32,414 nucleotides of DNA from a virus (lineage: Duplodnaviria > Caudoviricetes), in IMG/VR virus record IMGVR_UViG_3300017774_002082, positions 1-32,414 of that record; one strand, written 5' to 3'. The position numbers and the translations under genes are program-made. The notes below the pieces were generated by a model. That model worked only from the letters and a program-made list of their open reading frames with translations. It made no database searches and was not told the origin of the DNA. The stretch's first letter is position 1, and every line of letters starts with the position of its first letter. Positions 18,127-24,874 of this stretch are shown in pieces.

Positions 18127-19323
18127 ATGTCTACAGTATGCCTCTCTATGATCGTCAAGAACGAAACCAAGATCCTGCATGAGTGCTTGGACTCGGTTCA
18201 CCCCCACATTGACTACTGGGTAATCGTGGACACAGGTTCCACAGATGGAACTCAGGAGTACATCAAACAGTATTTTGCCGAGAAGGGAATTCCAGGCGAA
18301 CTGATTGAGCGTCCGTGGATCAATTTTGGACACAACCGCACCGAGGCACTTGACCTCTGCACAGGCAAGGCAGACTATGCTTGGATGATTGATGCCGATG
18401 ACCGCGTGGTCGGGGGATTCAAGTATCCTCGCGGCAAGAACCTCACTGCTGACGCTTACGCCATCAAGTGCGGACGCGATCAGTGCGTGTGGTGGCGCAA
18501 CCAAATCTTCAAGACAGGCATAGGATGGAAGTATGTGGGCATACTCCACGAATACGCACACTGCGAAAAGCAGCCGCTCCACCAAGAGAAGATTGAGGGC
18601 GAGTACTACCTTGAGGCGCGTACCCTTGGTCAGGAGCGCAACGGCAATGTGACCCCCGTGGAGAAGTACTCCAAGGATGCCGACCTGCTCGTAGAGGCTC
18701 TGAAGACGGAGCCGAACAACTCACGCTACCAGTTCTATCTGGCACAGTCTTACTTTGACTCGCAGCAGTGGGATAAGGCGATTGATGCGTACTACAAGCG
18801 GGTGGAGATGGGCGGATGGGAAGAGGAGTGCTACTACTCGCTGTTCCGCATCGCGCTCTGCGAAATCTCAAAGGATTCTGCCTGGCCAGTGGTTCAGCAG
18901 AAGTTCCTTGATGCGTATGACTATCGCCCGTGCCGCGCCGAACCACTCCACGCCATCTCGCGGTTCCTCCGCATGAACGGTCGCCCCCGAGCCGCGTATC
19001 TGTTTGCAAAGGAAGCCGCACAGATTCCATACCCGCAGCAGGACATTCTGTTCATTGACACCAATGTGTACAAGTGGATGGCACTGGACGAACTGGCTGC
19101 CACCGCGTTCTATGTGCATGACTACAACACGGGTCTACAGGCTTGCGAGGTGCTACTGAAGCAGAACCGCCTCCCCGAGAGCGAGGTTGAGCGCAATCAG
19201 AAGAACCACGGGGCGTACCTTGAGAAGGTGCAGCAGATTGGGCGTATGCAACCGCAGCAGGTTCCTGTTCCGCAGACTGTTCCTACCATAAATAAGACAA
19301 GAACCTTCAAGCGGAGAAAGTAA
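18127..19323 (+). CDS. GT2 glycosyltransferase with C-terminal TPR repeats
   Basis: VCLSMIVKNE...CL.SV, IVDTGSTDGT, W.NFG.NRT.AL, MIDADD, Y.G.LHE; TPR-like FYLAQSY and RAEPL segments. Confidence 0.92.
   Translation: MSTVCLSMIVKNETKILHECLDSVHPHIDYWVIVDTGSTDGTQEYIKQYFAEKGIPGELIERPWINFGHNRTEALDLCTGKADYAWMIDADDRVVGGFKYPRGKNLTADAYAIKCGRDQCVWWRNQIFKTGIGWKYVGILHEYAHCEKQPLHQEKIEGEYYLEARTLGQERNGNVTPVEKYSKDADLLVEALKTEPNNSRYQFYLAQSYFDSQQWDKAIDAYYKRVEMGGWEEECYYSLFRIALCEISKDSAWPVVQQKFLDAYDYRPCRAEPLHAISRFLRMNGRPRAAYLFAKEAAQIPYPQQDILFIDTNVYKWMALDELAATAFYVHDYNTGLQACEVLLKQNRLPESEVERNQKNHGAYLEKVQQIGRMQPQQVPVPQTVPTINKTRTFKRRK
19287..19294 (+). promoter_or_regulatory. T4-type late promoter CATAAATA in the GT 3' end
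   Basis: About 32 nt upstream of ATG 19326, with a GGAGA RBS between; AT-rich island within a GC-rich gene. Confidence 0.6.
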
Positions 19324-19325
19324 CG

Positions 19326-19463
19326 ATGGCAAAGAACTCACCAAGCGGCAAGGGACGAGGCGGTTTTGCAAGCAGTGTGACCCGCCGCAATCGCAAGGCA
19401 TCAGCACTACGGAAAAGCCAAAACCGCGCCCGTAACGCTGCCAACAAGGCAAAGGCACTCTAA
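19326..19463 (+). CDS. Small highly basic protein, 45 aa (missed by ORF track)
   Basis: MAKNSPSGKGRGGFASSVTRRNRKASALRKSQNRARNAANKAKAL*; RBS and late promoter upstream; TAATG coupling to the next gene. Confidence 0.7.
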   Translation: MAKNSPSGKGRGGFASSVTRRNRKASALRKSQNRARNAANKAKAL

Positions 19464-19885
19464 TGGCATCGGCGTACTACGACATCAACGCACAGCAGCA
19501 TTCCACCCTGAACTTTCATGTGGAATATTTTGACGAGAACAACAACCCTGTTGACCTCACGGGGTACACTGCACGACTCCATGTACGCCCGAACAGCGAA
19601 TCCTCCAAACTGTACCTCATGGTCACTACATCGGGAGTGACGAGCGGCGGTGTCACGGGTGAGTTCGGTGCCACGGCTGGCATCAGCGGCAGCGGCGGCA
19701 TCTTCCTCAACAGGGGCGAAACAGGTGCAGTCTTCACTGGCGGCATTCTCATCACCGCCGATGCCACCACGATGGGCTATGTCCGCGTGGGATCGTGGAA
19801 ATACTCGCTTGACATCAAGAAGGGTGTCACCACGGATGAACTCATGCAGGGACAGTTCGTGGTGGCTCCGAAGAACACCCGATGA
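19463..19885 (+). CDS. Putative virion beta-sandwich protein
   Basis: PVDLTGYTARLHVR and YSLDI...LMQG.FVV.P..TR motifs recurrent in phage structural/tail-associated proteins; late context. Confidence 0.65.
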   Translation: MASAYYDINAQQHSTLNFHVEYFDENNNPVDLTGYTARLHVRPNSESSKLYLMVTTSGVTSGGVTGEFGATAGISGSGGIFLNRGETGAVFTGGILITADATTMGYVRVGSWKYSLDIKKGVTTDELMQGQFVVAPKNTR

Positions 19886-20097
19886 AACTGAAGGTGAAGG
19901 AAACCTCGTACTCCGCGAAGCCCAAGCAGGACGAGGGCAAACTGCTTGTTCGTTACGACTCATTCAGCGTGAAGCCCAAGCACCGTGGAGTGAAGATTTA
20001 CGAAGGTAAACTCACCACTGTGCTGAAGCACGACCGCCGCAGCGGTGTGCGGATTCAAAAAGTAAAGAACAACAAGATTCTGAATCAGTGGGATTGA
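19882..20097 (+). CDS. Small basic hypothetical protein
   Basis: 71 aa, ATGA overlap with previous gene. Confidence 0.6.
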   Translation: MKLKVKETSYSAKPKQDEGKLLVRYDSFSVKPKHRGVKIYEGKLTTVLKHDRRSGVRIQKVKNNKILNQWD

Positions 20098-20121
20098 CTT
20101 CCCGCTGTCTTGTGATACAAT
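20094..20121 (+). promoter_or_regulatory. Sigma70-like promoter for dUTPase copy 1
   Basis: TTGACT-16 nt-TACAAT with TGn extended -10; AAGGAG RBS downstream. Confidence 0.7.
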
Positions 20122-20142
20122 CCCCTCAAAGGAGACTTCATC

Positions 20143-20715
20143 ATGGACAAGCCAACACTTGGTTTCTATCTCATTCCCGACACAGACGCAGCGGTTCCCA
20201 CATTCGCAACGGATGGCTCTGCGTGTTTTGACATCTGCGCTCGTTTCCACTACGACCGCGAGAATTCTGACACCGATTGGGACGCACACAAGCCCGTAGT
20301 CGCATACGGTCCGCAGAATGTGAAGATGGAAATCTTTCCCACTGCGGGTGTGCTTGACATCCCATCGGGGTGGCGGTTCCTTGTTCCCACGGGACTCATC
20401 TTGGATATTCCCGAAGGCTATTCCGTTCGCCTCCATGCCCGTAGTGGACTCGCGCTGAAGGAGGGCTTGGTGCTTGCGAACGCGGAGGGCGTGATTGACT
20501 CTGACTACACCGATGAACTGAAGGTCATGGTGACAGCCATGAGCAACTGCTTGGTGAGCATTCCCAACGGGTCGCGCATCTGCCAAGCGGAACTGGTGCG
20601 GAATCAGCCTGTGGAGTTCAGCAAGATCGACCACCCGCCACTGAAGAAGACGCAGCGCGAAGGCGGCTTCGGCAGCACGGGACAGTTTTCATGGGACGCT
20701 AACAAGGGAGCCTAA
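20143..20715 (+). CDS. dut: Trimeric dUTPase, copy 1
   Basis: All five motifs: SACFDI, ARSGLA, GVIDSDY, RICQ, REGGFGSTG. Confidence 0.95.
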   Translation: MDKPTLGFYLIPDTDAAVPTFATDGSACFDICARFHYDRENSDTDWDAHKPVVAYGPQNVKMEIFPTAGVLDIPSGWRFLVPTGLILDIPEGYSVRLHARSGLALKEGLVLANAEGVIDSDYTDELKVMVTAMSNCLVSIPNGSRICQAELVRNQPVEFSKIDHPPLKKTQREGGFGSTGQFSWDANKGA

Positions 20716-20716
20716 T

Positions 20717-21043
20717 ATGACACGCGATGAACTACTGAAGTTTCACGAAGAGATTACGAAGCAAGCCCGCGAACTAATGAGCAAGAAGAACCGCGACTAC
20801 GCAGGCAAGGACGGCACGGAACCGTTTGCCAACTTTACCCGCGTGGAGTCTATGGGCATCTGCAAGACAGAGCAGGGCTTCATGGTGCGCCTCACGGACA
20901 AGATGAGCCGCTTGTCGTCTTTCATTCATTCAGGCAAGATGAATGTACAGGACGAGTCCTTCATGGACACCTGTGTGGATGTGATCAACTACATGGTGCT
21001 GCTTGCTGCGTATCTGAATGAAAAAGAATCCAAGACTCATTAA
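20717..21043 (+). CDS. DUF1599/Nmad1-like (nucleotide-modification-associated, MazG-like helical) protein, copy 1
   Basis: KKNRDYAG...PFANF, VRLTDKMSRL, DES..DT..D.INY..L. Confidence 0.75.
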   Translation: MTRDELLKFHEEITKQARELMSKKNRDYAGKDGTEPFANFTRVESMGICKTEQGFMVRLTDKMSRLSSFIHSGKMNVQDESFMDTCVDVINYMVLLAAYLNEKESKTH

Positions 21044-21051
21044 GGCTCATC

Positions 21052-21738
21052 ATGCTAAACATAAACATATCACATTTTTACTGCTACATGAGAAAAGAGC
21101 ATATGTACCAACACAAGGATCACATTGGTGAATTTGTGAAGGTTACTGCGTTTGCTGCCCAATCAAATCCTGACAGGGCACTACTGTTTCATGTTCTAAC
21201 AGATGACGGGCTTGTCCGAAGCAGAGTTCCCATTCATATGCTGTGCCACAAAGAAACCGCGCCACAGATGCCTTTGGACTACTTGCAGTTGTGGGACTGT
21301 TTTTCTGTGAACTGCACAGAGGTTGTTTACGACTATCTAAAAGCGGCAAGAGCAAAAGTGGTTCTGAAAGACAAGCAAGAACTATGGGGCGAGTACATGA
21401 TGTCTTTTGATTGGTACGGCAATCCGTACAGTGACGAACCAACACAGTACAAGTCCCTGCACCTGATACGGTTGGATAACGGCTGCTACACGCTACAACC
21501 AAACAATAGAATATTTTGGAAACATATGTCTTTTGTTACTAATCCTTTTCCCACAAATCCCGACTTTAAAGTTGACAATAAAGTGTTCCGCTGCGAAGCC
21601 GCGAGTGACCGTTGGCTTATTGAGGGAGAGGATGACTCGTACTATTACAATTTAAAAAATGAAACCGCTAATTGTAATATTGAACGGTCAAAGCAACCAC
21701 TTGCCACAAATATTGTGGGCGATACACTAGAAAAATAA
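21052..21738 (+). CDS. Conserved phage hypothetical protein
   Basis: YCYMRKE.MY, LQLWDCFS, G.Y..SFDW, L.NG....QPNNRI.W motifs; long ORF. Confidence 0.75.
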   Translation: MLNINISHFYCYMRKEHMYQHKDHIGEFVKVTAFAAQSNPDRALLFHVLTDDGLVRSRVPIHMLCHKETAPQMPLDYLQLWDCFSVNCTEVVYDYLKAARAKVVLKDKQELWGEYMMSFDWYGNPYSDEPTQYKSLHLIRLDNGCYTLQPNNRIFWKHMSFVTNPFPTNPDFKVDNKVFRCEAASDRWLIEGEDDSYYYNLKNETANCNIERSKQPLATNIVGDTLEK

Positions 21739-21776
21739 TTCGCCACCTTGGCTACGCCTGTCGGAACCTTTCCCTT

Positions 21777-21810
21777 GCAGCAGAAAGCCGAAAGGCTCTC
21801 TGTTGTTTTT
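21777..21810 (+). terminator. Rho-independent terminator
   Basis: GCAGCAGAAAGCC-GAAA-GGCTCTCTGTTGT stem (13 positions, one mismatch, GNRA loop) followed by TTTT. Confidence 0.8.
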
Positions 21811-21817
21811 ATAGATA
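21810..21817 (+). promoter_or_regulatory. Late promoter variant TATAGATA
   Basis: One mismatch from TATAAATA, right after the terminator and 7 nt before ATG 21825. Confidence 0.55.
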
Positions 21818-21824
21818 CTATGTC

Positions 21825-22724
21825 ATGCTGAACTTCAAGACTTACATTTCCGAAGGCTACAATGGTGACGGCGACTGCATGGAAGCCGCCGTGAACCTAA
21901 TGATGCAATACAACTCCTCCTTCTTTGGAAAGCAGTTGAAGGCAAACAATCCCAAGGGAACAATCTTGGTTCATGCATTGGTTCGTGGGCAAGGAGCGGT
22001 GCGTGGCAAGAGATTCCCCCATGCATGGGTTGAGGATGGCGATACAGTCATTGATCAATCTAATGGTAACGATATCCGCATGGACAAGAGAGCCTACTAT
22101 GCAATCGGCGGCATCAAGCCAAACGAGAAGGGTGCATACTTCAAGTACACCTATGCGGAGATGAAGAAAAAGTTGAAGTCAGCAGGACACTATGGGCATT
22201 GGGACTTGGACGAAAACCTTGAAGAGACTGTTGGCATCGGTTCGTTGAAGAAGGTCGGTCGCCAGAAGAAGAGAATCAATCCCAAGTTGCTCATGGCATT
22301 GGACGAAGGCATAGTTTCGGGAGTAGGCGGTGGTGTCAAGAAGATTGGTCAGGCAACCGCAAATGTCACTCGCGTTTCGTGGAATACTCTGAAGAGTCTT
22401 GAGAGTGTCTTGGATTCAATGTTTGCAAATGCAAAGTTGGACATTGCCTTCACCAAGCATTTCTGGGAACGCATCAATGGTTCACGCGGAGATACCACAA
22501 TCAGCGTGGCAGAGATTCAGGATGCCTTCAATAAGACTTATCGGAAGTACGCCAAGGACATTCAGAATCACCCCGTGAATTGGAAAGCCATTATTAATGA
22601 TGTGAGCAAAAATCTGAATATGCCGTTCACCTTGAGTTGGGACAGAAACCAAAAGAGCATGATTATGCAGACCGCCATGCGAAAAACGGACTTTAAGAGT
22701 CCCGACCCAAAACTGAAAGTCTGA
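21825..22724 (+). CDS. Two-domain late protein, candidate head-packaged (internal) protein
   Basis: N-terminus MLNFKTYISE resembles T4-like capsid-targeting leaders; domain 1 has C...HAWVE...D; domain 2 has FTKHFWERIN...NMPF...TAMRK. Confidence 0.65.
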   Translation: MLNFKTYISEGYNGDGDCMEAAVNLMMQYNSSFFGKQLKANNPKGTILVHALVRGQGAVRGKRFPHAWVEDGDTVIDQSNGNDIRMDKRAYYAIGGIKPNEKGAYFKYTYAEMKKKLKSAGHYGHWDLDENLEETVGIGSLKKVGRQKKRINPKLLMALDEGIVSGVGGGVKKIGQATANVTRVSWNTLKSLESVLDSMFANAKLDIAFTKHFWERINGSRGDTTISVAEIQDAFNKTYRKYAKDIQNHPVNWKAIINDVSKNLNMPFTLSWDRNQKSMIMQTAMRKTDFKSPDPKLKV

Positions 22725-22747
22725 TAACCTAATATTGAAATAGGGGG

Positions 22748-22776
22748 TTGACATGGGGGTGGCACTTTGATAAGAT
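22748..22776 (+). promoter_or_regulatory. Strong sigma70-like early promoter
   Basis: TTGACA-17 nt-TAAGAT with TGn extension and AT-rich upstream element; AAGGAG RBS follows. Confidence 0.8.
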
Positions 22777-22802
22777 TGGGGAGTAACAAAGGAGACCCCC
22801 CG

Positions 22803-23594
22803 ATGATGACCACCCTCGCCTTACCTTGGAAGCCAGACTCGCTTCGCGCACCTACGGGTGCTGCCTCAACCGTATTGGTTGAGAACGGCGTTCGCCTGAC
22901 GATCTGTTCTACGCAGACCGTTCAGAAGCGGCTTTCAGAATTGAATCTGACGGAGTACTACTCTGCCTCCATTGAGGTGGAGGTAATGACGCAGCGACCC
23001 GAAACTTCCGATTACGACCCGTTCGTTAGCGGAACCATTTGGCTCATCGTTACGGGACGCGGTGCGGGAACGAACACCGTCAACATGACGCGCACCATCC
23101 TCGCTAGTGTTGGTTCTGATAAGTACGCGAACCGCGAAGAGGAGACCCGTGTGCGAGATGCCGCGACTGCTCTCGTTGAGTCCGATACTCTGCTTACACA
23201 ATGGTGGCACACGCTGCTCACCCCGCAGGGCATCCGCAAGGCGAATGCTGATGCCACGGAGCAAGCCCGTACAGACGCGATCCTCGCTCTCATGGACGAA
23301 ATCCGTCACGACTTGGTGAGTCGCCGCTACGCGAATCCTCGCAAGGGTATGAGGGTTCGGGTGACGCGGGGACGCAAGGTTCCCATCGGCACGGAGGGCG
23401 TTCTCTTTTGGGTCGGCAGTACGCAGTTCGGCAAGCGCATCGGCTTTAAGGATGCCACCGATACCGTGCATTGGACGGCGTGGGGCAACTTTGAGTTCAC
23501 CGATCCGATTGACGAGAACGAAGTTATCACCCTCGCCAAGAAACTCTACGCGGATCGTGGGTACGCCAAGGTCTTTGGCGGCATTCGCAACTGA
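22803..23594 (+). CDS. Hypothetical early protein with C-terminal SH3/KOW-like domain
   Basis: KGMRVRVTRGRKVPIGTEGVLFW...RIGFKD..D.VHWT; own promoter and RBS. Confidence 0.75.
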   Translation: MMTTLALPWKPDSLRAPTGAASTVLVENGVRLTICSTQTVQKRLSELNLTEYYSASIEVEVMTQRPETSDYDPFVSGTIWLIVTGRGAGTNTVNMTRTILASVGSDKYANREEETRVRDAATALVESDTLLTQWWHTLLTPQGIRKANADATEQARTDAILALMDEIRHDLVSRRYANPRKGMRVRVTRGRKVPIGTEGVLFWVGSTQFGKRIGFKDATDTVHWTAWGNFEFTDPIDENEVITLAKKLYADRGYAKVFGGIRN

Positions 23595-23609
23595 TAAAAA
23601 GAAAGTGAG

Positions 23610-23897
23610 ATGGACTACATGAATCACCAAGAGTGGAAGATAATCAATTCCCACGGCGATGCTCTCGTCTTTTGCAAAAGGGATGATGATCCCGATTACA
23701 TCAGCATAGAGTTCCGCGCACCAACGGGTATTCGTGGGTTGAGTGTAGGCGCAGCACTTGGTGTGTGCGACTATGACTTTCTGAACAACGGACTGCCGCA
23801 CCGTGTCCATGTGGATTTTGCACGGGCTGTGTGGGATGGTCTGACTCAGAAAGAAGCATGGATGGAAAAGTCAAAAGTTTCAGTCTCGTATTCATAA
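23610..23897 (+). CDS. Hypothetical protein
   Basis: 95-aa ORF co-oriented and tightly packed. Confidence 0.6.
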   Translation: MDYMNHQEWKIINSHGDALVFCKRDDDPDYISIEFRAPTGIRGLSVGAALGVCDYDFLNNGLPHRVHVDFARAVWDGLTQKEAWMEKSKVSVSYS

Positions 23898-23921
23898 GAA
23901 CCTCTGATTAGAAAGAAGCAA

Positions 23922-24194
23922 ATGCACATTCCAACGCCATCAAATTTTAGCATCAGCAATCGCCTAGCCAAGATTGACGAAGCCTACAATATGTGGATTG
24001 ATGCGAGTGAACAAGGTCGTGACGCGCTAGGGAATTACTTTGGGGAAAACCTTGGAATCCTCCTTGTTGAATTCTCTCGCACCAATCCTCCCGAAACCTT
24101 GCTTCCCTCTGAATACAATTACTTCATGGGGATCATGTACGCCTTGTGCATCGCGGGTGGAATGTCGGACGAAGAAATCCACACGGATCAGTAA
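23922..24194 (+). CDS. Hypothetical protein
   Basis: 90-aa ORF co-oriented and tightly packed. Confidence 0.6.
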   Translation: MHIPTPSNFSISNRLAKIDEAYNMWIDASEQGRDALGNYFGENLGILLVEFSRTNPPETLLPSEYNYFMGIMYALCIAGGMSDEEIHTDQ

Positions 24195-24223
24195 CGATTC
24201 TTCGGAAATGATCTAATTACCCC

Positions 24224-24251
24224 TTGACATCTGCGGGTGCGGGGGTATAAT
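24224..24251 (+). promoter_or_regulatory. Consensus sigma70 promoter driving a small ORF and the tRNA cluster
   Basis: TTGACA (24224-29)-16 nt-TATAAT (24246-51). Confidence 0.85.
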
Positions 24252-24259
24252 CATACAAC

Positions 24260-24484
24260 ATGAGCGACAAGAAGTACGAAGAAGTTGAACTAGATCTTGA
24301 TGACAGGACTTTGGCTGGCATCGCGCTATACGCTCATAAGCACGATATCACTATCAACGATGCCATTTGCCGAATGCTTGAAGAAGAGATCACGAAACGA
24401 GAACATGGCGCGGTAGACCAACGGCAGAGTCAGTTGACTCAAAATCAACAAAGTGTGGGTTCGAATCCCACTCGCGCTATTTGA
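24260..24484 (+). CDS. Small hypothetical protein, possibly ribbon-helix-helix-like; 3' end runs through tRNA-Leu
   Basis: VELDLDD..L..IA.YAH..DITIN.....MLEE pattern; ATG 8 nt after the -10 box. Confidence 0.65.
   Translation: MSDKKYEEVELDLDDRTLAGIALYAHKHDITINDAICRMLEEEITKREHGAVDQRQSQLTQNQQSVGSNPTRAI
24407..24479 (+). tRNA. tRNA-Leu(CAA), short variable loop, no encoded CCA
   Basis: Acceptor GGCGCGG/TCGCGCT+A73; anticodon arm GTTGA-CTCAAAA-TCAAC; T arm GTGGG-TTCGAAT-CCCAC. Confidence 0.88.
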
Positions 24485-24497
24485 CAATTGAATATTT

Positions 24498-24569
24498 GCG
24501 AATGTAACTCAACGGTAGAGTCTCGGTTTTCCAAACCGAAGGTTGTGGGTTCGAATCCCATCGTTCGCT
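24498..24569 (+). tRNA. tRNA-Gly(TCC)
   Basis: Acceptor GCGAATG/CGTTCGC+T73; D arm ACTC/GAGT; anticodon arm TCGGT-TTTCCAA-ACCGA; T arm GTGGG-TTCGAAT-CCCAT. Confidence 0.93.
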
Positions 24570-24574
24570 TTTCG

Positions 24575-24716
24575 TCTTTCCCCTTTGCATTGTAAGACCG
24601 CTAAACGGCTTTTGCATCGTATGCTAACATCCCGAATCGGCACGGGTATGGAGAAAGGCTTGCCGTTCGCAGCGTAATGATACGGTCGTACTGCGGTAAT
24701 CAGACAATCTGTATCA
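24575..24716 (+). ncRNA. Candidate structured non-coding RNA between tRNA-Gly and tRNA-Asn
   Basis: Several complementary segments (see findings) filling a ~150-nt spacer with no credible ORF. Confidence 0.4.
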
Positions 24717-24720
24717 CTAT

Positions 24721-24792
24721 TGGCTCGTAGCACAACGGTAGTGCATCCCGCTGTTAACGGGACGGTTGAAGGTTCAAATCCTTCCGAGCCAG
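24721..24792 (+). tRNA. tRNA-Asn(GTT)
   Basis: Acceptor TGGCTCG/CGAGCCA+G73; D arm GCAC/GTGC; anticodon arm TCCCG-CTGTTAA-CGGGA; T arm GAAGG-TTCAAAT-CCTTC. Confidence 0.95.
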
Positions 24793-24830
24793 TTTCTCTT
24801 CCATGCCATGTTTGCAAAACCTGAGATTCT

Positions 24831-24838
24831 GATAAATA
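24831..24838 (+). promoter_or_regulatory. T4-type late promoter GATAAATA
   Basis: Intergenic, upstream of AAGGAGG RBS and ATG 24875. Confidence 0.6.
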
Positions 24839-24874
24839 CCTGTGACGGAGCCGATTTGTGAAAGGAGGCTCAAC

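Noticed and set aside
21659-21730. Alternate-frame mini-ORF MKPLIVILNGQSNHLPQILWAIH resembling the GQSN start of SGNH acetylesterases
   Set aside because: Only 23 codons, nested in another ORF, no RBS; cannot be distinguished from chance, although it could be another gene remnant.
22935-23810. 291-aa minus-strand ORF
   Set aside because: Antisense to + strand genes that have a clear promoter and RBS; no recognisable motifs.
24570-24720. tRNA-associated HDV-like (theta) ribozyme or a fourth tRNA
   Set aside because: No room for P3/L3 between the candidate P2 and P1 strands, it does not start at the tRNA 3' end, and there is no TTCRA T-loop.
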